64,000 nt of DNA from Eledone cirrhosa. Taxonomy: Eukaryota. Positions within the stretch are counted from its first letter, which is position 1; every line of letters starts with the position of its first letter. The DNA is taken from positions 273,048,001 through 273,112,000 of the forward strand of contig OZ024742.1 of the NCBI GenBank assembly GCA_964016885.1, read 5' to 3'. Under the pieces are notes generated by a model. It saw nothing but the letters and a program-made list of their open reading frames with translations. It was not told the origin of the DNA and made no database searches. Shown in pieces: positions 41,918-56,051 of the stretch. A program made the position numbers and the translations under genes.

Positions 41918-42552
41918 GGTGCATTCATACATATACATGTATAAATATATGCATACATGCAAAATTATTACTTACCATGTATACAAACATATATACATAC
42001 ATGGCGGCTGTAACTCGACTTCGATTAACGCCATCGGTTGAAACTTAAACATGCGCATCATGAAGCTGGCCTTTTATTCCAGCCAGAGACTGGCATATTG
42101 TCGACAATACCATGCATCGCAAATAATGTCATATATCAAGCAATGATTGGGTTTGAAGCTTTTTCTAAGTAAGGAAAGGTTTTGCACGGGCTCACTCCCA
42201 CTCTCTGAAGAGCGAATGCAATTGCCCAAAATGAATAACTGGTCGACATCATTGGATGCAAATGAAGTCGCAGTTCATATATCAGAGTGACCTTCTCCTC
42301 GAGACCCAGAGAGATATATTAAGGAAGACTAGGAGTATCTCGCTCTACACACACAAAAATAAACTTTATTGGGTGGCCGTTGACTCTCCTGATTTCCTCC
42401 ACTCTTTGACGGGTTTAGTTTTTCCGCGGGGTGTCCACATTCACCCTCCTCATGAAACAAGCTTGGTGTGGTTGCCGGTTTAGTCACCGACGACCCGACC
42501 AAGCACAGGTTGTACTGGGTTTCATGCTACAGTAGCATTGAAAAGCGACCTG

Positions 42553-42632
42553 ACATACATACATACATACATACATACATACATACATACATACATACAT
42601 ACATACATACATACATACATACACACATACAT
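42553..42632. repeat. (CATA)n microsatellite, possibly the tail of an upstream decayed retroelement
   Basis: Repeat visible; upstream element not identified. Confidence 0.85.
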
Positions 42633-43679
42633 TCATGTTGTGAACCACAATTTTAAGCTTTTTTACTTTCTCAACCCTTGAAATGTGATATGTCGACAAT
42701 GTGTTCAGCTTCTCTGTTCAAATCATCAACAAATTATAATGGAATAAAAAGCTGCATTTAAATAGGGGGAGAAATAAATTTACCATTTGTGTGGGCACTT
42801 GCCCTGCAATCTTGAATTTACCACAAAACATTTTACTCACACTTTGCTACACAGTCGATGCAGAAATCTGTCATAGAATCACTGGAAAATTATTTTCAGA
42901 TTCATAACCATTAAATGGATTGTAGAGTGTATTTCCCTTTTAACATTTTGCTATTCCCTGATCTACTTGAATGCGCTGTTGCCATTAAAATACAGAACCT
43001 TTCTGACAATGGTTCGCTTCACGTGTTTTATTTTTGTTAAACAAATCTCATCTCTGTTTTTGGTATTTCGTGTAGTAGGCGATTCTATTCGAGCATGCTA
43101 TTGTCTGCAAGCGTTTGTTGTATTTTTACTGCGTCATCTATCTTGTGGCCTATTGAATAACTGTCAGTGAAATAATTTGATTTTCGAATATATTGAAATC
43201 TATTCAGCTTAGATAATTCAAAGAAATAAGTAGATTTTAGAATATATAGCTTTGAATTTAGCTAAGATGCATGTATCTATATATTAGTAGAAGCCATTTG
43301 ATAACTGAATGGCGTCTGCAAGGAATTATATCTGTTCGCATACGTAGGTATTCAAATTTATATAGCAACGAAGTGACCACGTATCAACAATGAGAAAAAG
43401 AGAAATAAAAGGAGAGTAGCATTGAAGAAGAATGGAAAATAATCTCAACTTAAACTCAATTAAATTTTCTGGTCCAATCTTCTGACACAAATATGAATGT
43501 GAAGGTATCTGGTGGGAACGATATTTCTAATTAGGCCTAACAATCGAAAGACTACAATGTTTAAAGAGACTGAAAAGGAAGATTTATATAAACGTGGCAT
43601 GCACTCACGAAATCATAGTTTTGCTTTTCTTTTATATTACATAGGTTATAATAATAATAATTATTATTATTATTATTGT

Positions 43680-44398
43680 TCTTTGAGTCTCAGTCATTGA
43701 TGTTATTTAACTGGAAAGTTTGTTGAAATAAATATCAAACCACTACCTGCAGCCTCAGACATCCAGGACGTATCGGAGGGTTCTTGCTGTTCCCAGCAAG
43801 CATGCCTTTGGAAGTGTACCAAAAAACCGGGCTGGACTAATCTTCTTTAACCATCCTTGGAAACTCTTTGAGATAATAGCTAGTGCGTTTATGACAATTG
43901 GGACGACCTTGATCTCATGGTAGTTGCGAATTATTTTTAACTCACACTTTAAATCCTGGTATCGGTTAATTTTCTCCTTCTCCTTTACTTGCACTCTCGT
44001 GTCAAATGGGCAGGCTACATCTACAATCAGGCGCGATCTTTTTTCCTTGTCAAAAATCACTAGGTCAGGCCGATTGTGTTCTAATTTCTTGTCCCTATGT
44101 ATCCTAAAATCTTGGCTTATGGTCATACCACTTCTCAGAATGTGGTAAATTGTTTAGTTTGCATAGATGCCAGTAAATCACTTTTCCTATCGTATCATGT
44201 CTCCAGCCTTTATAGTGAGTAGGCTAGGTATTTACACTCGAATACAATGTGAGCCACAATCTCCCTTCTCTCTCCACAGATCCTACACATAGAGCTAGCC
44301 TTATCCTTGTCAATATTGAGTTTCACCCACTTTGTTATGAGGGCTTGCTTTTGCGCAGCCATTAGCATTGCTTCTGTAGCTTTTTTAAGGTCTCTTCT
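43680..44398 (-). mobile_element. R4/Dong-like LINE 3' fragment (CCHC + RLE), TAA repeats on both sides
   Basis: HNRPDLVIFDK..DVACPFD..EKINRYQDLK..KACLLGTARTLR; 3' UTR matches 3118-3187. Confidence 0.9.
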
Positions 44399-44426
44399 TT
44401 TTATTATTAATATTATTATTATTATT

Positions 44427-47400
44427 GGCGACCTACGTAGGAAATCGTATTATCGTGAGTTCTGCAAAGGATTGTTATTTTCAGTTGTTTCAAATTGCCG
44501 GTTATTGACATTTTTTGTTGTTAAAAGTTAATAAGTTCACATATATTGTTTTCTGAAAAGGACACTAAAATATTTAGGGCTTTGAGCCCAAAATTTAAAA
44601 TTTTATAATTATTAAACAAAAACTTTCTTTGAAAAAACATGGACGGCTCTCAGCCACACACAGCTGACACCCTTCCTCACAAACAAACACCTCACACCAA
44701 CACCACCATTGTAAATATTAGTACGGTTGCCAACACTAAAAATATAAGCAATGACAATATTTTAAATTTGTCACATGCAGGCATTCATTTCACGCCATTA
44801 CCAATAACTGCAGGTGTTAATGCCGCCACTCCCACCAACACCACAGCGACAACAGAAACAAAAAAAAAATTATTATCTCGTGACATCGAAATGGATTCAC
44901 CCAGAATGGACTCTTCCACGTCGAACACCACTGACACCACCACCACCACTACCACAACTGAAACTGAAAATAACAAAAAAAATAACAATAACAACAACAG
45001 AAACAACAACAACAACATCAACACCAGCGCAAAACAAAATGTGTCGTTTGCCAAAGCAGTCAAGTAAAGCGAAACAATCGGGGCAAGCCAGGATGAATTA
45101 AATGAAGCCAAGAGAATGGTAAAAAAGATGGGTACAGGGTCAGCCTCGCCCCCCGCCCCCTTCTAATAAAATGGAGCATCGGTGCCTATACACTCTGTCT
45201 TATCGGACGATAAACACAAAATCACGCCGAGTGGAACGGGCATCCGAGTCCCAGATACAAAAAGCTTTGGGACATGTGTGGGCGAAGAAAACCCACATCA
45301 TACGTGGCAAGAAATATGGAACCGTGGACGTTTTCTTTGGAACCCCACTGGAAGCCAGAGAGCACTCCATGTTCCCATTAAGAAGTAACGACTTCACACT
45401 CGTCCCAAGCTAGTGGTCAGAGAATCGTGAAGATCAGGGTGACCCACGTTCTGCCGGCCATCGAATTTATGTGGCTAATGGCTGCCGTCCTCGCATCCAC
45501 GAAAATAATTGAGGTAACAAAAGAAAAGCAGGAGAACTGGTCCAGATCTGGCATAGAGCTCCTGATCCAAGCGGACCGAAAACACATTGAGGAAATTCCA
45601 GAGGTGATAGACCTCAATGACGGCAGCCACCTCACCGTAATCGTTGAGGGTAGAAGTCATAGGTGTGTCGTTTGTGGCGAATGAACCCACATAAAGGCTT
45701 TCTGCCCTCAGGCTAAATAATTGAGGCCACCTCTCCTAGCCACCTCAGTGACTCAACAATCAAAACCACCAGCAGCAGAAATGACAGCAACAACTGTAGC
45801 AGCAACAACAGAAGCAACTGTAGCAGCAACAACCCCAGCAACAGTAGCAAAATAACACCACCGCCACCCACCAGAATTAGCACCAGCGCCTACATCATCC
45901 ACCACGCCACAAACAAAACGAACACCGGTGGAGGATTTTCCACTCCCCGGCCTATCCCAGCTGGAGACAGATTGTGACGAGGAGGAAGAGTGGGGAAAAA
46001 AAAAGAAAAATAATTTAAAAAAGAAAAAATCCTCTTCCCTCGCCCTCCAAAAACAAATTGCAGTGATAAACAAATAAGCAAACAAACAAAAAAGTTAAGA
46101 CAGCTATGCCACCACCCACACCAGCATCACCAGTTCCATCACCACAAACACCACCACCATCATTAACCCCACAAGCACCATCACCACACCACAAAAATCA
46201 CCAAAAAGCGAAACAGAAACAAACCCACAACAAACGCAAAGAAAACAAAACAACGAAAACGATAGACACTACACTGCATTAAATTTGAGGATTGGCAGTA
46301 TCGGTAGAGGGTCTGACGCCATGCTTTGACGCATGGAGTTACGGCCCTTGCCATTCTTAGTCCTAATCCCGCCGAGGTTAACTTTGCCTTTCATCCTTAC
46401 AGGGTCGATAAAATAAAGAACCAGTAATACACTGGGTAGTTGCTGGCCTTGTGCCAAAAGTAGAGACAATTAAATTTTAACAACCACCAATTATTACACA
46501 ACATTCAACACAACACCAGCATCACAGAATAAGACTACACAACACCCCAAAAATTCACACCACCTCCACACATACAAATCACTCGCATCACACAGAAAAT
46601 GTACACAACACTAAAACAAAAATTCCCCAAGGACTTCGCAGACTTCCGACAAACACTCTCCAGGATGATTTATAAGGACATCGTTCCGGAGGAAGCCATA
46701 GGCAGTGAGAAGTATGGTCAAACCATCTTTCCTCTACGAGAAGTGAGGTAAGTGGTCTTTCCCATCTTTTTCCACTCCTTTTCAACATGACCTCAAACAG
46801 AATAGGCAGCATAAATACGCGTGGCCTGTGGTCGTTATGGAAGCATGGCTACCTGCTCAATGACCTCAGGTCACTAAACATAGATATGGTGGCAATGAGC
46901 GAGACCAGAATCTCGGAAGCCAGAGCCTTCGCACCGATCTTCGGCGGCTACGATGTGTACGCATCTCCCAGCCGTCCTGGATCGGGGCGAGTGATTGCTG
47001 TGCTTTTTCGGAGAGGTTTGGATCTCCCCATACGGGCCATCTTCCTGGACCCAGAACGTAAGTTCGTGGGGATGGACGTGACCAGCGGAGACGGGAAAGA
47101 TTTCAGGCCAATAGCCGTCTTTGCCCCGACAGGAATAGGGCGGCCTGATTTCTTCCGACGTCTGGATTTCTTCTCTTTACTGTTAGTTGGCGACTGGAAC
47201 GGGATCTTAGATGCACGCTGGGACGGTGTGGGATTAGCGGATAGCGGAGAAGGGTGTAAAAGCCTCACAAACCTGCTCAGATGGTTTCAACTGTCTGACA
47301 GGTACAGTCTGGATTTCCCGAATGTGCCAATGTAGACATGAACAAACCGCATAAGGTCATCCAGGTTATATCTAGATAGAGTATTTTGTAGGGAAATAGA

Positions 47401-50361
47401 TAGGTCTAGCATAGGCTGTCCACATTTCTAAATAGTCAGCTACACGGACCACAAATTCCTGATCTGTGAGATTGACTTAGATAGGTTTCATAGACAGGGA
47501 CCCGGCTACAGGAAGCTAAACGCGTCATTAACAGCACGAAAGGCCTACAGAGACCGGATTAGCAAACTAGTTAAGCGGGTGTTAAGGGGGCCATCGTCAA
47601 CAACAAATGGTGGTTTGCTCTGAAAAGAGCGATTAGAATAGAGTCCATTAGGTTTAGTAAGGCTTTAGCAATAGAGGAAAAAAACGAGGCGCTTAATATA
47701 GGCATCGCGACCGACGTACTTGCGACGAAATTGGCCCTGGACCAATTCTTCAATGCAAAGCACGAAGGGTGCGTTGTCAAATCTTTAGTGCGTGATCACA
47801 GACACGAGGGGACGAAATCCGTTCAATCGGCCTGATTGGCGGAGGCAACAAAGACACGATCCGGTTTTTGGTGGACCACGACGGGCGCATGCTACTCAAT
47901 CCTGGGCAAATGTGTTAAGCTTTTCTGCGACACTTCGCTCAGCTGTTTGGGGGCAGTGGCGGGCCGGATAGAGGGATGGATTTTAGTGCCTATCTCGACG
48001 GACTGCCGCGGCTCTCGGCCACTGAGGCGGAGTGTTGCGAAAAGCCGATAACAGCCGATTAAGTACGAGAGGCAATGATTGGCTGCAAAAGGGGTAAATC
48101 ACCTCGTTTGAATGGTCTGCCGTATGAACTTTACGTACAGATGCCAGACTTGTTCGAAGGCCGCTTGGCGGATGTTTACTGCAGTTTGCAACAGAATTGG
48201 AGTATTGCCAGTTCTGTGAGCCGACGAGCGGTGGCGCTGCTGAGAAAGGATCCGAACAAGGGGGATGACATAGATAATATCAGGCCCATAACTCTGCTGA
48301 ACACAGAGTTCAAGATTTTCGCCAAGCTGATAGAAGAATGGTGGCGCTTGTCGTTGGTGGTCTGGTGGCAGAAGCGCAACATGCGCCCTTCCAGACAGAT
48401 CCATCCACGACAATCTCCGCCTCAATGCAAAATACATCGTGGAGAGGGTAGCTAGGGAATCTGGCACGGGTATGTCCTTGATCAATTTAGATCAGTCGAA
48501 AGCTTTCGATAGGGTCGACTATCGTTACCTGGCGGCAGTCCTGAGGGCGGCTGCCATGCACAGCGACATCTGCTCTGTGATATGAGTGAATGGTCACCTT
48601 TGGTAACCGTGCAACATCATACACTCGGTCCGCCAAGTATGTCCCCTCTCGTCCCTCTTGTACGTATTGTCTCTCGAGCCATTACTGCACAAGCTGGGGT
48701 CGTTGAGGGGTTGTCCCACGCGAACTAGGATGCGGCAGATCCGTGTCAGCATATGCGGACGAAGTCACCGTAGTGGTGTTGAACGCCAAACACATCGAGG
48801 CGATCGGCACTACACTAAGAGAATACGAGGCGGTGACAGGAGCAATGATCAACCAGGAAAAATCGGTGGCCCTGCAGCTCGGCACCTGGAAAGGCAGGTC
48901 CATGCCGTCCAACAGCCTCGTCGAGCGCTGGACAGACAGACCAGTTAAATTGCCAGGTGTCTGTTTCGGTCCGGACCTCCAGACGGACACAAACCTCGGA
49001 CGAGGTGGCGAGCAGGATGGCTTCTCTCACCCAGAAATGGGCAGAGAGGAAGCTATCCCTGAACGGTCGAGCGGGGGTGGCGAATGCGTACATCGCGTCT
49101 GTCATCTACTACCACTTGACCGTCGTGCCTTATTCTAAGCCTTGCCTGACTGCGCTGGAATGTTTACTCTTTCGCTTTTTGTGGAAGGGACGCGCTCCGA
49201 TGGTCAGGCGGTCCATCTGCTGTCAACACCCGCAACGTGGAGGGCTGGCCATGCCGTGACTGATGATGCGCAGACACGCGCTCAAGCTCGACATCTCCAC
49301 CTTCCTCGACGGTGATCAGGTGTGTTCACCGTTTACTAGACGCGTCTTTCCCCAGCTCGTCTCCTTGAGGGAGCTGCAGTCCTGGGTCAAGCGAAGACCG
49401 AGAGGGCGTGCTTGGAGACTGGTTGTCTTCAGGTGCTTATAGCCCTCGACTAGTCGGGCAATGTGTTCGGTGGAAACTCCACCTTGGCGATCTATGGAGG
49501 ATTAGTGGATGGGAAGAGCGACGACGTTCTTGGGGAAACTCTAGGCGTCGACGAAAATCAACTAGCCAATCTCTTCAGTGGAACATTCGGCCGGTGCCTA
49601 TGGACAACTTCCAGAAATCCCTGGCCTGGCAGTGCTACCGAGGAGCTTTGCATGTCGGGATAAACTATACAGGCATGGAGGTGCTGTCAGCCAGGCATGT
49701 CCGAGATGCGCGAACGGTGACGAAACCGTCCTGCATGCACTCGTCCAGTGTCCGAGCATTGCTGACTTGTGGTTTATGTCGAACACCTGCTGCCGCGTGT
49801 AGCACGGCTCCGGCTATCAGCTGAGTCAATGTTAGTATTGCCCCGCCCTCTTCCTTTAGCCGGGAAGGGCAGGCATTTTTTTCTGTCTGGTGGCCATGGC
49901 GAAAGATATAGTATGGTGGACGCGTTTGAAAGTTGATGCCCTGATTAAGTTTTTCAAATTTCATTTCAAAAGGGAAAATGAGGGTAGAGAGGAAAGTGAT
50001 CTCTTCCCAGCATTTTTTTGAAAGATGGATGAGAGAGGCAAGAATGGCCCGTATGAATGGACCTACTCTATGTATGTGCCTGTAAATTGAATGTGGAAAA
50101 CTGGCAGAGGGCACTTGCCCTAGTGGTCAGGGTCACCGTCGCTTTTTTAATGGGCTTTCTCCACGAATGTCCCTCGGAAGTCTCCCCCCTATTGGGGAAT
50201 TTTTCATTGTTTCTCTTTCTGTTACGTTTTCTGTTTTTGTTTTTATTACACGCAAAAATGCCCATTTGTACCGTCCTGTATTGTCCTGTATTGTCCTGTA
50301 TTGTCTTGTATTGTCCTTAATGTCTTACTTTGTGTAAACCCTTGTGGTTAATAAAGAAAGC
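44427..50361 (+). mobile_element. Tx1 copy D, full length (~5.9 kb) but with stops and frameshifts
   Basis: Starts (ATT)n|GGCGACCTACG; ORF1 from 44639; ORF2 from 46787 (SINTRGL, MSETR, GDWN); ends AATAAAGAAAGC|(ATT)n. Confidence 0.93.
46286..46472 (+). mobile_element. SINE inserted in ORF1 of Tx1 copy D
   Basis: SINE consensus interrupts sequence collinear with copies C and E. Confidence 0.9.
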
Positions 50362-50376
50362 ATTATTATTATTATT

Positions 50377-53300
50377 GAATTACGTAGGAAATTGTATTAT
50401 CGTGAGTTCCATAAATGTTTTTTTTTCAGTCGTTTCGAATTGCCAATTATGGCAAATGTTTGTTGTAATATTGTTAAGTGTTTATAAGTTCATATATATT
50501 GCTTTCTGAAAAGGACATTAACAAATATTAAGGACTTGTGCGCCAACTTAAAATTTATTTTCTCAAACAAACAATTTTTCTTAAAAAAAAATGATGTGTG
50601 GCATTCGTCTACCCAAATCTAGCCAGCTATCTCGTGACAGCAGCTCTAACATACACACCACTCCCACCACCATCATCGTGAGCCTTTCTCCAGATGCTAA
50701 GACCGAAAATGTTTTCGATAACAGCAGCAGCAGCAGCATTAGCAATTAACAATGTTTGCCACGTGCAGACGTAGATTTCCCGCCCTTACCAATGTCTATA
50801 GGTGTTAAAGCCGCCATCTCACCATATCAATGTCAAAGAGTACATCCAACACCATTGTTAACACCACCACCACCACCACCACCACCACTGTAGCAAAAAC
50901 TGGAAGAAAAAAATTATCTCGTGATATCAAAATAGATTCTTCCAAAATTGATTCTGCCACGTCGAACGCCACTAACACCACCACCCCCACAACAACACCA
51001 ACAACCACAACTGAAACAAAACAATAATAACAAAAGAAACATTAACAACAAAGCAACAACAGCAATAATAAGAATACCACAGTAACAACAACACCAGCGC
51101 AAAACAAAGCGGCGAACAAAAACGAAACATTTGAGGCAAACCAGGAATAAATTAATAAGGCCAGGCGAATGATGGAAAAAAATGGTTAAAGTGTCAGCCT
51201 CAATCCCTCCCATCAAATAACATGCAATATCCGCGCCTTTGTATTGTATGATTTTGCACGACCAATGTAAAAATACGCCAACTGGAGCGTGCATCCAAGT
51301 CCCAGATCTAAAAAGCTTTGGGATATGTATGGGCTCAAAAAACCCACATCAGACGTGGACAAAGATATGGAACCGTGGATGTGTTGTTTGGAACCCCACA
51401 GGAAGCCAGAGAGCATTCCATAGCCACGTTAAAAAGTGTCGAGTTCACACTCGTCCCAAGCTCCTGTGGACAAAGACTGGTAAAAGAAAGGTGATCTAGA
51501 TTTCGCCGGCCTTTGAAATTCCCTGGCTGATGTTTGCCATTCCCGCCGACATCGAGAACGGCACAAAAGTCATCGAGATGATTAGATTAAAACGAGAAAA
51601 TGGTCCGGATCTGTAATAGAGCTCCTGATCCAAGCGGACCAAAAAACATCCAAGAGATTCCAGAGGTGATAGACCTCGATGACGTTAGCCACCTCACCGT
51701 AATCGTTGTGTCATTTGTGGTGAGGGAACCCACTTAAATGCCTTATACCCCCAGGGGATAGCAAAACCTTGAGGCCACTTTTACTGCCCACTCCAGTGAC
51801 TCAATCATCAAAACCAGCTGCAGCAGAAATGGCAACAACAACTGTGCAGCAATGACAACAGCAAATGCTGTAGCAACAGTAGCAAAACCAACACTATCAA
51901 AGCACCAGAAGTAGCACCATCCACCACGCCACAACCAACCCCAACGCCGGTGTGGGACATTCCACTCCGCGACCTCTCACAAATGGAGACAGATTGTGAC
52001 GAGGAGGAGAGGTGAGAAACAGTATCTGCAAAAAAAAAGAAACAAAAAAAGAAACAACCCCCCCCCCCCCAAAAAAAAACACTCTTTCTTCGCCCACTTA
52101 AAAACAAAATACAGGGCAAAACAACATAGAAAGTAACTCAGCTATGTCCCAACTCACACCAACGCCACCAGCCCGATCACCGCAAACACCAACATCATCA
52201 ACATTATCAACCAGACACCACCATCAGCAACACCACAAAAAACCCCAACAAGCGAAACTGAAACAAACCCACAACAAACGCAAACAAAACAAAGCAACCA
52301 ATCCGATTCACACTACACAGGTTTAAACTTGAACAACAAGCAATTATTACACTACATCCAACACAACACCAGCATCCCAGAGTAAAACTACGAAACACCC
52401 CAAAAATTACACCAGCCACACACATATAATCAGTCGTATCGCACAGAAAACACACAACAGTAAAATTAAAATTCCCCAAGGACAAAGTGGTCGTTCCCAT
52501 CTTTGCCCACTCCTTTTCAACATGACATTACTCAGAATAAGCAGTATAAATACGTGTAAACAGGGGTCGTCTTCGAAGCAGGGTCACCTGCTCAACAACC
52601 TCAAGTCAATGAATATAGATGTGGTTGCCATCACCGATACCAGAATTTCCGAGGCTCATGCCTTCGCACCCTTCTTCCGCAGTTACGATGTGTACGCATC
52701 TCCAAGCCGCCTGGGATTTGGAGGCGGAGTCGTTGTGTTGTTTTGGAGAGGGCTGGATCTCGTGATACGGATCATCTCCCTGGACCCAGAAGGTAAGTCG
52801 CTGGTGCTGAACGAACCAGCAGCGAAGGCTATGCTTTTAGGCTAGTGGCTATTTATGCCCCGACAGGCGCAGAACAGCCTGCTTTCTTCAGGAACTGGAG
52901 ACCTTCCTATGTACAGTCCGCTCTTTAATTTTAGTGGTCGATCGGAACGGGATCTTGGATGCACGCTGAGATTGTGTGGGATTAGTGGATAGGTAAGTAG
53001 GGTGTAAAAGCCTCGCAAATCTTCTTAGACGTTTTCAACTGGATTTCCCGAACGTGCCAATGTGGACCTAGACAAAACGCATTGGGTCACCCAGATCATA
53101 TCTAGATAGGGTATTTTGTAGGGAAATAGATAAGTCTTGCATAGTCTGTCCGGAATTCAAAATAGTCGACTACACGGAAAACAAATTCGTGATCTGTGTC
53201 GTTGATTTAGATAGGCTTCATTGACAGGAACCCAGCTCCTGGAAGTTAAAGGTTTTGTTAAAAGAGCGAAAAGCCTACAGGGACCGGATTAGCGAACTAG

Positions 53301-56035
53301 TTAAGCGGGCGTTGACGGGGGCCATTGTCAACAACAAATGGTGGTTTGCCCTGAAAACAGCGATTAGAATAGATTCCGTTAGGTTTAGTAAAGCGTTAAC
53401 AATAGTGTAAAATATAGAGAGGGAGAACTATTTAGACAATTAGACGAGGCGCTTAGTGAAGTCATCGCAACCGGCATGCTTGAATCGAAATTCTTCAACG
53501 CAAAGCAAGAAGGGTGCGTTGTCAGAGCTAGGGCGCGTGCTCTCAAACACAAGGGGCTGAAAGCCGTTCAATGGGCCCGAGTGACAGAGACGCGTCGTGT
53601 GAAGAAAACCAAGATCCGGGCTTTGGCGGACCACGAGGATGGCATGATACTCGATCCCGGGAAAATGTGTGCGGCTTTTCAGTGACACAAAGAGTAAATC
53701 ATCTGGTTTCAATGGACTGCCCCATGAAATTTACGTACACATGCCAGGTTTGTTCGGAGAACTCTTGTCGGGCGACTACTGCAACCGACAGTAGAAAGGG
53801 TGAATCTCCGGTTCTGTGAGCTGAGGATTAGAGGCGCTGCTTAGAAAGTATCCGAACAAGGGGGATAACATTGATAATTTCAGGCCCATAACGCTGCTAA
53901 ACACAGAGTTCAAGAATTTGGCTAAGGTGATAGCATAGAGGTTGGCGCTTGTCGTTGGTGGTCTGCTGAGAGAGGCGCAGCCATGTGAAATTCCAGACAG
54001 ATCCATCCACGACAACCTACATCTCTTGCGATTCATCGTGGAGAGGGTAGCTAGGGAACCTGGCACGGGCGGGTCCTTGATCAATTTAGATCATTCAAAA
54101 GCTTTCGATAGGGTCGACTATCGTTACCTGGCGGCAGTCCTGAGGGCGGCTTGCTTTGGTCCCGCCTTCAGAATCTGGATCGCTGCCATGCACAGAGACA
54201 TCTGCTCTGTGGTGAGACTGAAGGGTCACCTTTCGGAAACGTTCAACTTCATGCGCTCGGTCTGCCAAGTATGTCACATCTCGTCTCTGTTGTACGCATT
54301 GACTTTCGAGCCGTTATTGCACAAACTGGAGACGTTGAGGGGGTTTCCAGCGCGAACTGGGAAATGAAAGAACCTTGTCAGCATATTTAGACGACGTCAC
54401 TGTAGTGTTGTCGATCGCCAAGCACATCGAGTCGATCGGCACTACACTAAGAGAATACGAGGTAGTTACAGGAGCAATGATTAACCAGGAAAAGTCGGTT
54501 GGCCCGCAGCTCTGCGCCTGGAGAGGCAGGTCCATGCCAACTAACAACGTCGTCGGGTGCTGGACGCACGGATCGGTTAAACTGCTCGGGGTCTGGTTTG
54601 GTCCGAACATCCAGACGGACAAAAACTGGTACGAGGTGAAGAGAAACTTGGCCACTCCCACCCAGAAAGGGGCCGAGAGGTAGCTATCCGCGTACTTCGC
54701 GTCCGTCATCTAATATCGCCTCACGATCGGGCCTTGTGCTACGACGCGTGTTTCCCCAGCTCCTCTCCTTGACGGAGCTGCAGTCCTGAGTCAAGCGAAA
54801 ACTGAGAGGGTCGCTTGGATAGTGAAATGTCTTCAGGCGCTTACAGGGTGAGAGAGGCAAGAATGGCTCGAATGAATTGGCCTATCGTGAGCGAGTGCCT
54901 CTAGCATTGTAGGAGGAAAACTATGTGGAGGGCTGGGCATGCCGTGGCTAATGATGCGCAGACACGCACTGAGGCTGCGCAATCTGCAGATATTCTGGTC
55001 TAAACAGTGATCATGTGTGGTCACCGTTTGTTAGACGGGCCTTTCTGCTACAGTCCTGGGTCAAGAATAGACCGAGACTGGGTGACTGCCACAGGAAAGT
55101 TGCCAAGCACTCACTGCCCCCTACCAGACGGGCATGCTGTCAGTGGAACATCAACTGTCGAGTTCTATAGAGGATTAGTGGTGGGTAAGTGCGACGACGC
55201 ACTCGGAGAGGCTCTGGGCGTCGATGAAGGCGAACTAACCAGTCTGTTCCGGAGGACTTTCGAGCCGGGACGATGGATAATTCCCAAAAGTCACTCGCTT
55301 TGCAGTGCTACCGGGGGGCACTGCCGGTTCGAGATACACTCTACATCCACGGAAGTGCTGTCAGACGGACCTGCCCCAGATGCGCGCAGAGAGACGAAAC
55401 CGTTCTGCAGGCACTCGTCCAGTGTCCGTGCATTACTGACTTATAGAGTTATGTCGAACAGCTGTTATCGCGTGTGGAACGAATCCAGCTATCGGTCGAG
55501 TCCATAGTGAAGATCGACCCGCCGCCTTCTTTTGGTCAGGAAACGGCAGGCAATTTTCCTCTGTCTAGTGACAGTAGCGAAAGAGGTTGTATGGTGGACT
55601 AGGTTTAAAGGACTGAAGACAGACGATTTTTTATTCGGCCAATCCCTCATCAACCTTTTCAAGTTTCCCTTGGAAAGGAAGGTGAGGGTGGAGAGAGAAG
55701 TGCTGCCCCCCCATTACATTTGCTGAAAGGTGGGTAAATGTTGCGAGAATGGCCCGTGTGAGCGGCCTTACTCTAATCATGCGTCTGTAGGTGAGTGAAT
55801 TTGAGGAGAGGGGTGCCCTTTCCGGGTGCTCTCGAAGCGTTGGGTCGTTCAGGATTGGTGGGTACCTGAGTGAACTCTGGGTGGTCATCCCCACTATTGG
55901 GGAATTTTTCTTGTAATTTTCTTGTTATTTGTTTATTTTTATTATTGTTTACAAGTTGTATATGTAAACCCCCCACTGTCCCAGTATTGTGTATTGTCCC
56001 CTACAAGTCGGCCCTTGTGGCCAATAAATGAAATC
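50377..56035 (+). mobile_element. Tx1 copy E, near full length, rearranged near 54740-54930
   Basis: 5' end homologous to D; APE from 52522; SKAFDRVDY, AYLDDV; 3' end CCCTTGTGGCCAATAAATGAAATC|(ATT)n. Confidence 0.9.
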
Positions 56036-56051
56036 ATTATTATTATTATTG

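Noticed and set aside
50268-50318. 10-bp tandem repeat GTCCTGTATT
   Set aside because: Simple slippage expansion of a unit present in fewer copies in the other Tx1 3' UTRs.
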